Positions 37,035-46,312 of a stretch of 64,000 nucleotides of DNA are shown piece after piece. The stretch comes from Parachlamydiales bacterium (GTDB lineage Bacteria > Chlamydiota > Chlamydiia > Chlamydiales > SM23-39). Made by a program: the position numbers and the translations under genes. Position 1 is the stretch's first letter. Each line of letters starts with the position of its first letter. The stretch covers positions 132,253 to 196,252 of the forward strand of contig JBNLAH010000002.1 in the NCBI GenBank assembly GCA_050302075.1, in the 5' to 3' direction. The notes under the pieces were generated by a model. It did not search any database. It saw only the letters and a program-made list of their open reading frames with translations, and was not told the origin of the DNA.

Positions 37035-37526
37035 TTGAATTTTCTTCACTTAGGTGGTCATTTAGGCTCAGATCCAGAAATTAGATATACTTCGAACGGT
37101 AAAAAAGTAACTGTTCTTCGGTTAGCTACAAAAACTAGAAAAGGAAACACTGATGATACAATGTGGTGGCGTGTAACTATCTGGGGAGATCAGTACGATA
37201 ATATGGTTCCATATTTGAAAAAAGGAAGTCCTCTTTTAGTTTTTGGAGAGATGAGTAAGCCTGAAATATACACAGATAAAAATGGTCAACCTCAGATCTC
37301 ATTAGGAATTACGGCATCTAGTATTTCTTTTAGCCCATTTGGAAGAGGAGAGAAAGGACCGAGTCAACAACAAGAGCCTATGCAATCAATGCAGGGAAAT
37401 AACAAACCTACAAGCAATTCCAATAAAATGGAAAGTGCATTTGATGCTGCAAACAGCTCATATGAAAATAATTTTTCTTCTAGTAATTTTAACCAAGATT
37501 TTAATGATGACGAAGTGCCATTTTAA
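37035..37526 (+). CDS. ssb: Single-stranded DNA-binding protein
   Basis: TTG start 5 nt after AGGAGG. OB fold, Gln/Asn-rich linker and a canonical acidic tail ..DDEVPF. Confidence 0.9.
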   Translation: MNFLHLGGHLGSDPEIRYTSNGKKVTVLRLATKTRKGNTDDTMWWRVTIWGDQYDNMVPYLKKGSPLLVFGEMSKPEIYTDKNGQPQISLGITASSISFSPFGRGEKGPSQQQEPMQSMQGNNKPTSNSNKMESAFDAANSSYENNFSSSNFNQDFNDDEVPF

Positions 37527-39003
37527 GTTCGAATCACTGTCTAGTTTAGACAAAAGGAAAGCAAAAGATGCTATTGTTTTGCCATTTTGGAATGACAAGT
37601 CAAAAGCTATAGCTGCATTTAGAGATGAAAAAAATGTTCGCAATTACTTTGATATAGATTCTGTTTCAGAAGACTTCAAAGGTAGAAAAAATGAAGTATT
37701 TGTCTTATATCCTGAAAAAGGGATTGAAAAGCGCGTAGTTCTATTAGGCTTAGGCGATGAAAAAAAAGTTAATACATATAGTATTAGAGAGTCTTTTCAT
37801 CACTTAGTAAGTGCATGTAAGAAAAAACAAATATCTTCTATTAATATAGCTTTTCCAGATATTGCAGGTACAGATGAGGATGTGCTTTTGACTGCAATCT
37901 GTGAAACTATAGTCTTGAGTAGTTATGAATTTTTAGATTTAAAATTTGATTCTATTAAAGAAAAAAAGCCTTCAGTGCTCTCTTCTGCTTGCATTATAGG
38001 AGTTGAAAAAGATAAAGAATCAATATTTGAGAAGGTTTTACTAATTTCGAAAGGAGTTTATCTTACAAGAGATTTAATAAATCGAAATGCAGATGATATT
38101 ATTCCATCAAAATTAGCTGAAGTTGCTAAATCAATGGAAGAATTATCTCCAAAAGTTTCAACAACTATATTAGATAAAAAGCAGATCGAAAAGGAACAGC
38201 TAAATCTCCTTTTAGCTGTTAGCAGGGGATCTAGCGTCGAGCCTAAGTTCATTGTAATTTCTTATAAAGGAGACCCTTCATCCAAAGACCAGATAGCACT
38301 AGTTGGAAAAGGAATTACTTATGATTCTGGTGGTTTAAGCTTGAAGCCGACTAATGCAATGTTAGATATGAAGTCAGATATGGGAGGATCTGCAACTGTT
38401 TTAGGTGCTTTGTATTCCTTAATTCTGCTTAAGGCAAAAGTAAATGTGAGTGTAGTAATACCAACTTGTGAAAATTCAATCGGATCTAAAAGTTATAAGT
38501 TAGGTGATGTTTATCAAAGCTATTCTAAGAAGATGGTTGAGATCACCAATACTGATGCGGAAGGCAGACTGGTTCTTGCAGATGCGCTGTCTTACACAGT
38601 AAAAAATCTAAAGCCCAAATCAATTATTAACCTTGCCACTTTAACTGGTGGAGTTGTGGTTGCATTGGGAGATGAAATTGCTGGTTACTTTTCTAATAAC
38701 GATGATGTTTCAAAGAAAATTGACGAAGCAGCTAGAGAAACCGATGAACTTCTCTGGAAGCTTCCTCTGCATTTATCTTATAATGAAATGCTCAAATCTA
38801 AAATAGCAGATATAAAAAATTCTGCTGGCAGAGAAGCCAGTTCGATTCAAGGTGCGCTATTTTTACATTATTTTGTTGAAGATACACCATGGGCTCATAT
38901 TGATATTGCTGGAGTTGCATTTTGGGATAAGTCAAGAGGCTATAGCCCAATGTTTTCTACTGGTTATGGTGTTAGAATGTTAGTAAACATGTTGACCAAA
39001 TAA
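37504..39003 (+). CDS. pepA: Leucyl aminopeptidase (M17)
   Basis: NTDAEGRL signature and GKGITYDSGG. The true start is probably the ATG at 37504 or 37507 (MMTKCHFKFE..). The track's 37339 start runs through ssb. Confidence 0.9.
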   Translation: MMTKCHFKFESLSSLDKRKAKDAIVLPFWNDKSKAIAAFRDEKNVRNYFDIDSVSEDFKGRKNEVFVLYPEKGIEKRVVLLGLGDEKKVNTYSIRESFHHLVSACKKKQISSINIAFPDIAGTDEDVLLTAICETIVLSSYEFLDLKFDSIKEKKPSVLSSACIIGVEKDKESIFEKVLLISKGVYLTRDLINRNADDIIPSKLAEVAKSMEELSPKVSTTILDKKQIEKEQLNLLLAVSRGSSVEPKFIVISYKGDPSSKDQIALVGKGITYDSGGLSLKPTNAMLDMKSDMGGSATVLGALYSLILLKAKVNVSVVIPTCENSIGSKSYKLGDVYQSYSKKMVEITNTDAEGRLVLADALSYTVKNLKPKSIINLATLTGGVVVALGDEIAGYFSNNDDVSKKIDEAARETDELLWKLPLHLSYNEMLKSKIADIKNSAGREASSIQGALFLHYFVEDTPWAHIDIAGVAFWDKSRGYSPMFSTGYGVRMLVNMLTK

Positions 39004-39836
39004 TGAATTTCTCAGACCTTGTTGAAAACTCTTTTAGCGGACATTCTTTGTTGCGGTTTTTAAAAGAGCACTTGCCTTCTTATTCGAATAAAAAGCTTAA
39101 AGCTTTACTTGAATCAGGCTGTGTGAAAATAAACGGTATAATAGAAAGATTTGGCTCTAAAAGAGTTTTCAGAGGTGATTTTGTTCAATTTTTAGCTAAA
39201 GAAATCCAAAATTCTTCAAAGCTAAGTATCTTACATGAAGATGAAAATTTTTTTGCAATAAACAAACCGGCTAATTTTGAATCAAGCCAATTTAATCTAG
39301 ATAAAATATTTACTGATTCTTATCTAGTACATAGGCTTGATAAAAATACTACGGGAGTGCTTTTAATTGCTAAAAATAAGAGCTTCCAAAAGCAACTAGA
39401 GAATTTATTCAGAGTAAAAGATATTAAAAAAAAATATATAGCACTAGTTGATGGGGTTTTAACAAAAGATCACGGTGTTATTAAATCTCATTTAATTCGA
39501 AAAAAGGTATACCAGGGCCAAACAATCTGGGCCTCTTCAAATAATAACAGCGGTCTTTATGCAGAGACTCACTTTAAGAGATTAAAGATATTTGAGGGGT
39601 TTTCTTTAGTAGAGCTTTCTTTGCCTACAGGAAGAACACATCAGTTAAGAGTGCATTTAAAGGAGTTGGGTCACCCCATTTTGGGAGATTTTCAGTATTG
39701 TAGAAAATTCTCTACAAGTAGGGAAGTTTCTAGCTTATGCCTTCATTCTAAAGAGATATCTTTTAAACACCCAATTACTGATGAGGTTTTGACAATTAAT
39801 GCTCCAGCACCAGATGAATTTTCTTTTATAAAATGA
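39003..39836 (+). CDS. RluA-family pseudouridine synthase
   Basis: N-terminal S4-like region and the catalytic HRLDKNTTGVLL motif. Confidence 0.85.
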   Translation: MNFSDLVENSFSGHSLLRFLKEHLPSYSNKKLKALLESGCVKINGIIERFGSKRVFRGDFVQFLAKEIQNSSKLSILHEDENFFAINKPANFESSQFNLDKIFTDSYLVHRLDKNTTGVLLIAKNKSFQKQLENLFRVKDIKKKYIALVDGVLTKDHGVIKSHLIRKKVYQGQTIWASSNNNSGLYAETHFKRLKIFEGFSLVELSLPTGRTHQLRVHLKELGHPILGDFQYCRKFSTSREVSSLCLHSKEISFKHPITDEVLTINAPAPDEFSFIK

Positions 39837-40867
39837 TAAATAGAATCCTGGTAGTTAAAACTTCTTCTTTAGGTGATATAATACAATCTTTACCTGTAGC
39901 AAGTGAGCTTAAAGCTCATTTTCCAAATGTAGAAATAGATTGGGTTGTAGAAGAGGCTTACCAAGATCTACTTTCTTTTCACCCGCTTATCGATTCTGTA
40001 ATAACATTTAATAGGCATAAATTAATTAAGTTTATTAGGAAACTACGAAGAAAAAAGTATGATTCCTTAATTGACATACAAGGTAATACCAAGTCAGCAT
40101 TGATAACTTTTTTTGCGAAAGCTAGAGAAAAAATTGGTTTTGGTAGGAAGTCAGTGACTGAATTTCCAAATCTATTAGTTACTACACATAAATACAACGT
40201 TCCGAAAGATATTAATATTCAAAGTTATTACCTAGAGTTGGTAAAGGAACACTTTAATATTCAAAGCTTTTCAGCCAAAGGCCCTTTGAATTTAAAGATC
40301 AATCTAAATGATTTGCCAAAAGAACTTGATCTAAATCATCATAGGTTAAAAGTTATGGTTGCAGTGAACTCAGCCAGAAAAAATAAAGAACTAGACGATT
40401 CTACGCTTATCGCCTTTTTGCAAAAATTTAGCAGCCAATATTTAATACATTTATACTTTATATACGGTAGTGATCAAGAGAAAGAAAAATGTAATTATTT
40501 AAAAAGTCAGATAGGTGCACATTGTGACGTTTTAAGTAAAATGTCAATTCCTGTTTTGCAAAACGTCATGGATAAAATGGATTTGATTTTTACTATAGAC
40601 ACTGCAGCCCTACACCTTGGAGGCACAACAAGTACTGTCACTTTTAGTGTCTTTGGACCAACGGATAGTAAAGTATTTGTGCCTCTTGGAAAACATTTCT
40701 CGTTTCAAGGTGTGTGTCCTTATAAAGTAAAGTATGTAAAACAATGTCCTCATCTTAGAAATTGCTCAACTAGTTCCTGCATAAAAAAAATAGCACTTGA
40801 AAAGCTTTGGTCTGAATTTCAACCGTGTTTATTAGAAATAAAAGCCAAGAATTTTCGAAATTATTAA
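39833..40867 (+). CDS. Glycosyltransferase family 9 (WaaC/heptosyltransferase-like)
   Basis: ILVVKTSSLGDIIQSLP and DWVVEE blocks resemble WaaC. C-terminal Cys cluster is typical of GT9. Confidence 0.75.
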   Translation: MINRILVVKTSSLGDIIQSLPVASELKAHFPNVEIDWVVEEAYQDLLSFHPLIDSVITFNRHKLIKFIRKLRRKKYDSLIDIQGNTKSALITFFAKAREKIGFGRKSVTEFPNLLVTTHKYNVPKDINIQSYYLELVKEHFNIQSFSAKGPLNLKINLNDLPKELDLNHHRLKVMVAVNSARKNKELDDSTLIAFLQKFSSQYLIHLYFIYGSDQEKEKCNYLKSQIGAHCDVLSKMSIPVLQNVMDKMDLIFTIDTAALHLGGTTSTVTFSVFGPTDSKVFVPLGKHFSFQGVCPYKVKYVKQCPHLRNCSTSSCIKKIALEKLWSEFQPCLLEIKAKNFRNY

Positions 40868-40960
40868 AAAGACTTGTTAAAAAAAATAAATAACAATACA
40901 CGTAAATAATAGTAAAAGAGGTAATAACTTACCTAATTTATTGATAACAGGGAGTAGAGG

Positions 40961-41188
40961 ATGAAGAAAATTGTATATTACATTATGGCAGGACTTTTTG
41001 TGCTAAGCATTACTTCTTGCCACAATCAAAGAATGGAAATAAAAAAGAAGCCAAGAGTTACCAAAAGAAAAGAAATTAAGTACTATAGAGATACACCTGA
41101 GTATAAAAGGCAAGAAGAGGCATATAAAAGATGTAAAGATCCTTCTAAGTGCCCAGATAAATTCGAGCGAAATGAAAGGAAATGGTAA
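40961..41188 (+). CDS. Small basic lipoprotein
   Basis: GGAG-type SD (AGGGAGTAGAGG) directly upstream. Signal peptide with lipobox LSITSC. The mature part is K/R/E-rich with 3 Cys. Confidence 0.55.
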   Translation: MKKIVYYIMAGLFVLSITSCHNQRMEIKKKPRVTKRKEIKYYRDTPEYKRQEEAYKRCKDPSKCPDKFERNERKW

Positions 41189-41198
41189 AAACTTTATT

Positions 41199-41645
41199 CT
41201 AAGCGCCTGCCAGCTGGGCGCTGATTTTTTCAAGATGTTTGATAGTATCTAATGTATCTGGGTAAATATTCGTAAGTTGAAGGGCTTCTTCAAACGTAAA
41301 CCATTTAAACGGGTGCAATGGAGGCTTATTTTCTTTTACATGTGCAAGATAAATAAAATCTACATGTTGATGTGGATTTGGTTGTTTAATATCTTCTAAT
41401 AAGCACATATATGGCCTTTCCAAACTATTTGCAAACTCAGAATTGATCCAAATTTGTTCCTGGGATATGAAATTGATCTTTAGCCCGGTCTCTTCCATAA
41501 CTTCTCGCTTAGCTGCCATGGGAGGTGTTTCATCAGCTTCTAGATGTCCTCCCGGAGGGAGCCATTTGCCGTGTTTTTTGTGAGGGTGCAAAAGAACCTG
41601 GTTGTCTTTTATGATGTAAACTGTAGCTGTGAATTCACGTCTCAT
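41199..41645 (-). CDS. NUDIX hydrolase
   Basis: Nudix box GGHLEADETPPMAAKREVMEETGL. Confidence 0.85.
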   Translation of the reverse strand: MRREFTATVYIIKDNQVLLHPHKKHGKWLPPGGHLEADETPPMAAKREVMEETGLKINFISQEQIWINSEFANSLERPYMCLLEDIKQPNPHQHVDFIYLAHVKENKPPLHPFKWFTFEEALQLTNIYPDTLDTIKHLEKISAQLAGA

Positions 41646-41690
41646 TAATTAACCTATGTAAAAACTACAGGAAAATTTTTAATAAAAAAA

Positions 41691-41784
41691 CCGGAGATAT
41701 ACACCTGACATATACTTTACTTTTAAGGCTGCTATCTTCCGATCCTGACCTAGTTCAAGCGGTATATTCCAGATGGTCCCCGGC
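41691..41784 (-). ncRNA. ffs: Signal recognition particle RNA (4.5S RNA)
   Basis: The minus strand reads CCGGGGACC...GGTCAGGATCGGAAGATAGCAGCC...TCTCCGG + T7. This contains the conserved domain IV (GGUCAGG..CGGAAG..AGCAGCC with a GGAA tetraloop), a 7-bp terminal stem and a T-run terminator. Confidence 0.8.
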
Positions 41785-41827
41785 AATTAAGCTTATTGTA
41801 GCAAAAACAAGAAATTTTTGTTAATCT

Positions 41828-43030
41828 TTAAAAAAAATTTATTTCATTTCTATTATCAACTACATTTTTGTTCTTATATGGAACTGCAGATAAGTTCATT
41901 AAATAAGTTTCTGGGAAGAACTTAGATAGAATCTGCACTGCATTTTCTCCATTTTGAGCAAGAGATGTGGCGGAAAAAAGGCACAATCCAACTCCATGTC
42001 CTATCCCATACCCAGTGAAAGTCAGAACATCTCCATTGTCCACAACATTAAATTCTGAGCTTTTTATCCTATTTTCACCTAGAAGCTTCTGAAACTCAAT
42101 AAAGTTATAATCATGGATTCTACTGCCTTCAGTTACTCTGGCCCCACAAGCCTTGTTTGATTCTTTGTCAATAAATAGTTCGATTTTGTCAGCACTAGAT
42201 ATGTTTAACAACTCTGCAAGCTGGTTTTTTGCAATGGTAGTCTTCCATTTTGTTTCCTCTTTGTCAAGCTCTGCATGAGGAACTTTGACACATCTATCAG
42301 GTGCATTGCCATCTTTTCTAAAAATTGATCTATATGAGGCACTTTTACCAGCGCTATGTTCTGTCCAACAGGCTGCAAAAGGAACATTCTGCCCTTGATG
42401 TGGGTGAATCAAGATAAGGTTTTTTGTAGAGTCAATGCTCTTAGATAAGACTGATGTAGGATCGATTAATGCAGCTCCATTATAGCCAAAGTTTTTAGCT
42501 TCAACATCCCAAAATGATCCATGGCCTTTTGAGATATGATAATAGGCATTTGTTCTTGCTATAATTGCAATGGAAGCCATCACTTCACTTTCTAATGGAA
42601 ATGGGAACAAGGGTGATAAAATTGATTTAATATACTGTTCAACACTGATGTCATTTACTATAGATATTTTGTTATCTACCTGGAACACGGCTATGGAACC
42701 TTCATACTGAATTCCATTTACCAAGATTGTTGATTTAGGGGATCTGGCTGTGATATAAATTTGGTGGATACCAGGAAACATTTCTCCCCACTTGATTCCA
42801 TCTTTTTGTGCGTGCACTAAAAATCTTTTACCTAAAAGTCCTGAGCTAACTCTAGCTCCGTCTTCAGGATTAAATACATAGTATGGGCCATTTACTTCTA
42901 AAATAGCTCCTGTTATGTCTTTTTCAATCAATACCTGGATGTTTTCAGGCTTTCTGACCTCGACCTTCCTACCTTCGATAGCAAAGACAGATAGGTTAAT
43001 CAGAAGAGCTAAAATCCATATTCTTTTCAT
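41828..43030 (-). CDS. SpoIID/LytB-domain protein
   Basis: Signal peptide from MKRIWILALL (ATG at 43030, GGAG 6 nt upstream). SpoIID-like blocks CWTEHSAG and GYGIGHGVGLC. Confidence 0.8.
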   Translation of the reverse strand: MKRIWILALLINLSVFAIEGRKVEVRKPENIQVLIEKDITGAILEVNGPYYVFNPEDGARVSSGLLGKRFLVHAQKDGIKWGEMFPGIHQIYITARSPKSTILVNGIQYEGSIAVFQVDNKISIVNDISVEQYIKSILSPLFPFPLESEVMASIAIIARTNAYYHISKGHGSFWDVEAKNFGYNGAALIDPTSVLSKSIDSTKNLILIHPHQGQNVPFAACWTEHSAGKSASYRSIFRKDGNAPDRCVKVPHAELDKEETKWKTTIAKNQLAELLNISSADKIELFIDKESNKACGARVTEGSRIHDYNFIEFQKLLGENRIKSSEFNVVDNGDVLTFTGYGIGHGVGLCLFSATSLAQNGENAVQILSKFFPETYLMNLSAVPYKNKNVVDNRNEINFF

Positions 43031-44048
43031 TTTGTTCTCCGCTTTTGAATTTTTTGGGGATCGCAACACCCAAATGTTCATATCCTAATTTTGTAACTTC
43101 TCTCCCTCTAGGGGTTCTCTTTAATAATCCTTGAAGAATGAGATAAGGCTCATAGACCTCAGAAACTGTTGATGGCTCTTCGCCAATTGCAATCGCAATA
43201 GTTTGAATGCCAACAGGGCCGCCATCGAAATTTTTACAGATAGTATTAAGAATCTTAAGATCCATTTCATCTAGACCTAAGCTATCAATTGATAACATCT
43301 TTAAGGCATTTTTTGCCGTTATCAAGTCAATTTCTTCTTGGTTGTGGATTTGGGCATAATCTCTGACCCATTTAAGCAAATTATTTGCTATTCTGGGGGT
43401 TCCTCTAGCCCTTTTGGCAACCTCTAAGCTCGCATCATCTGCTATTCTCAAATTCATTAGAGTCGAAGATCGAGTGACTATTTTTTTTAAAATGTTTGAT
43501 GAGTAGAAGTCTAGTCGAAAAGAAGATGAGAATCTAGATCTTAATGGGGCGCTTAGTAATCCTGATTTTGTTGTAGCTCCAACTAAAGTAAAAGGCTGAA
43601 GCTTTACTTGAACACTTCTAGCATTTGGTCCAGTATCAATTAGCAAGTCTAATGTAAAGTCTTCAATCGCAGAGTATAAATACTCTTCTGTTGACTTTGG
43701 AATTCGGTGGATTTCATCAATAAAAAAGACATCTCCCTTTTTTAGATTAGTCAATATTCCAGCCAAATCCCCAGGTTTTTCAAGTACAGGTCCAGATGAA
43801 CAAATTATGTTAGTTCCCATTGACTTTGAAATTATATGAGACAAAGTAGTTTTCCCAAGTCCCGGTGGGCCTGAGAACAAAATATGGCCTAAAGCTTCTT
43901 CTCTTTGTTTAGCTGCATAAATCAAAACTTTTAAACGTTCTTTCAACGATTCTTGACCAATGAAGCTATCTATCGAAGAAGGCCTGAGAGGTAACTCAAA
44001 CGGCTCATCACTTTCTTTAATTGATGATTCAATGTAACTTTCTGTCAT
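42996..44048 (-). CDS. ruvB: Holliday junction helicase RuvB
   Basis: Walker A GPPGLGKTT, Walker B FIDEIH, and a TRSGLLSAPLRSRF-type sensor region. Confidence 0.95.
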   Translation of the reverse strand: MTESYIESSIKESDEPFELPLRPSSIDSFIGQESLKERLKVLIYAAKQREEALGHILFSGPPGLGKTTLSHIISKSMGTNIICSSGPVLEKPGDLAGILTNLKKGDVFFIDEIHRIPKSTEEYLYSAIEDFTLDLLIDTGPNARSVQVKLQPFTLVGATTKSGLLSAPLRSRFSSSFRLDFYSSNILKKIVTRSSTLMNLRIADDASLEVAKRARGTPRIANNLLKWVRDYAQIHNQEEIDLITAKNALKMLSIDSLGLDEMDLKILNTICKNFDGGPVGIQTIAIAIGEEPSTVSEVYEPYLILQGLLKRTPRGREVTKLGYEHLGVAIPKKFKSGEQNEKNMDFSSSD

Positions 44049-44138
44049 TTTTTATCCACTGACTAATTAAAAATTCTAGCAAGAAACTAATTCAAACGCT
44101 ATACCTAATTCGTAAAATAATAAAAAGGAATCAATATT

Positions 44139-44705
44139 ATGGCCCTAAAATCAGATAGCTGGATACGCAAAATGGCATTAGAACACAAAATGATAGCCCC
44201 GTTTGTTGAAAGACAAGTTAAGACATCAAGTGATTCGAAAATTATAAGTTATGGGACTTCGAGCTATGGGTATGATTTAAGAGTAGATAGAAAATTTAAA
44301 ATTTTTACCAACGTCAATAATTCAATTGTCGATCCTAAAAATTTCTCTCCTGATGCTTTTGTCACAACAGAAGGAGAAAAGTGTGTAATTCCACCCAATT
44401 CATTTGCGCTTGCAAAAAGTGTTGAGTATTTTAAAATTCCAAGGAATGTGCTAACCTTGTGTATCGGTAAATCGACTTACGCAAGATGTGGAATTATTGT
44501 GAATGTGACACCATTTGAGCCAGAATGGGAAGGGTATGTAACTTTGGAAATTTCTAATACAACACCTTTACCTGCAATTATTTATGCTGGAGAAGGACTT
44601 GCTCAAGTGCTCTTTTTTGAAGCCGATGAAGTATGTGAAGTGTCATACTCAGACAGAAACGGAAAGTATATGAATCAAATGGAGATTACATATCCTTGTT
44701 TGTAA
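44139..44705 (+). CDS. dcd: dCTP deaminase
   Basis: 188 aa with SSYGYDLR and GYVTLEISN motifs. Divergent from ruvB, as in other chlamydiae. Confidence 0.9.
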   Translation: MALKSDSWIRKMALEHKMIAPFVERQVKTSSDSKIISYGTSSYGYDLRVDRKFKIFTNVNNSIVDPKNFSPDAFVTTEGEKCVIPPNSFALAKSVEYFKIPRNVLTLCIGKSTYARCGIIVNVTPFEPEWEGYVTLEISNTTPLPAIIYAGEGLAQVLFFEADEVCEVSYSDRNGKYMNQMEITYPCL

Positions 44706-44761
44706 TTATTGAAAATAAATGGATAATTATAGATATAAAAGATTAGGGAAGGGTAGCAATC

Positions 44762-45070
44762 ATGGATGAAAATACCAAAAAGTATTTTTGGGAAGTTTTC
44801 GTAGTTAAATCTTGGTGGGTTTACTTATTTTGTATTTCCAGCTTTCTACTGTTCAACCACTTCTCTAATAAAAAGAAGGAAGAAATTTTCAATCTCGAAA
44901 GCAGGCGCTTTTTTTTAGAATCTCAGAGAGATCTTGCACTGTCTAAAAGAGAAGAATTGCAAGTTAAAATATGTTCTCAAAGTGACCCTTCGTGGATTGA
45001 GGTTGTACTCATGAAGCAGTTAGGGCTTGTCCCTGATGGTTATATGAAAATCCACTTTAAAAAAGAATAA
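44762..45070 (+). CDS. FtsB/DivIC-like septum formation initiator family protein
   Basis: Single TM helix, a coiled coil, then DPSWIEVVLMKQLGLVPDGYMKIHF, which resembles the DivIC-family C-terminal block. Confidence 0.45.
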   Translation: MDENTKKYFWEVFVVKSWWVYLFCISSFLLFNHFSNKKKEEIFNLESRRFFLESQRDLALSKREELQVKICSQSDPSWIEVVLMKQLGLVPDGYMKIHFKKE

Positions 45071-46312
45071 ATGACCCTTTCCATCTTAATATTTTCATTA
45101 GTGATTTTAATCTTATTTAGTGCCTTTCTATCAGGAACAGAGACAGCTTTTTTTTCGCTGTCTCCATTTACGATACGTTCTTTTAAATCCTCCAAAAGCT
45201 ATAAAAAAAGACTTATTGCAAAAATCTTAGAAAATCCGAGAAAGCTGCTTGTAACATTGTTGATGTTAAACGTATTAGCGAATATCTTAGTTCAAAATAC
45301 TGTTTCTTCAATTTTTGGAGAGCTTTCAGGCTGGCTTTTAAAAGTAGGCGTTCCTTTGATCTTAACTTTATTGTTTGGAGAGGTAATTCCAAAATCATTA
45401 GCTCTTACTAGCAATATTAAAGTTTCTAATTGGGTGGCAAAACCTGTTCATTTTTTAGAAAAGGTGACAGGTCCTTTTAGAAATTTTTTAGTAAAGCTTT
45501 GCAATTACATTTCAAGGATCACTTTCTTTTTTTTAAAAAAAGAAGAAAAAATATCCCCACAGGAGCTCGAGCTTATCTTAAAAACCTCAAGAGCTAAAGG
45601 AGTTTTGCAGTCTGATGAAACATTTTTAGCTGAAGGTTATTTAGATCTTCAATCAGCGCTTGTCAAGGAGTTGATGAGGCCTAGGGATGAAATATTGTAT
45701 TTTAATGTAAATGACCAGATAGATCATTTAATTCACCTTTTAAGCGACGAACAATGCACAAGGGTGCCAGTATGTGATGGTGATTTAGACCAAGTCATAG
45801 GCGTTATCTCAACAAGGAGATTATTTTTCTATCAAGATGGAATCAAAGATGTAAGTGATTTGAAAAAAATATTAAGAAAGCCTCTATTTGTTCCTGAATC
45901 TATGAATGGGTGGGCATTGCTTCAAATGCTTAGAAAAAAAAATGAGAGCATAGCAATGGTAGTTGATGAATATGGCTCGATTTGCGGACTTGCTACGCAA
46001 GAGGACCTTTTTGAATCAATAGTTGGTGAAATAAGCGATTTAAGAGATAAAAAATCTCGATATACCAAATCTAGTGAGGACGTAATTATCGCTTCAGGAA
46101 AAATGGAAATCAGCGATTTTGAGGAAGTATTTAATGTTGATCTCAAAAATCCGAATAATCTTGTTACTGTTGGTGGTTGGCTAACAGAACAATTAGGAGA
46201 TATTCCCAAAACAGGGACAAAATATGTCACTGATCTTTTTTTATTTTATGTACTGGCAGCTGACCCTAATCGAGTTAGGCGAATTTATATTAGGAAAATC
46301 AAAAAAATATGA
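45071..46312 (+). CDS. CNNM/TlyC-family protein (DUF21 + CBS pair + CorC_HlyC)
   Basis: DUF21 membrane domain (SGTETAFFSL), a CBS pair and a C-terminal transporter-associated domain. Confidence 0.85.
   Translation: MTLSILIFSLVILILFSAFLSGTETAFFSLSPFTIRSFKSSKSYKKRLIAKILENPRKLLVTLLMLNVLANILVQNTVSSIFGELSGWLLKVGVPLILTLLFGEVIPKSLALTSNIKVSNWVAKPVHFLEKVTGPFRNFLVKLCNYISRITFFFLKKEEKISPQELELILKTSRAKGVLQSDETFLAEGYLDLQSALVKELMRPRDEILYFNVNDQIDHLIHLLSDEQCTRVPVCDGDLDQVIGVISTRRLFFYQDGIKDVSDLKKILRKPLFVPESMNGWALLQMLRKKNESIAMVVDEYGSICGLATQEDLFESIVGEISDLRDKKSRYTKSSEDVIIASGKMEISDFEEVFNVDLKNPNNLVTVGGWLTEQLGDIPKTGTKYVTDLFLFYVLAADPNRVRRIYIRKIKKI

Noticed and set aside
37339-37503. N-terminal 55-aa extension of pepA in the ORF track, overlapping ssb in another frame.
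   Set aside because: Similarity to leucyl aminopeptidase begins at ..FKFESLSSLDKRKAKDAIVLPFW. ATG codons at 37504 and 37507 give a normal pepA N-terminus with a short overlap of the ssb end.
44052-44060. DnaA-box-like TTATCCACT in the ruvB/dcd divergent spacer, in a window that also contains dnaA.
   Set aside because: It is a single 8/9 match with no cluster of boxes or adjacent AT-rich unwinding element arrangement. The dnaA upstream spacer is only 39 nt. There is no support for an origin here.
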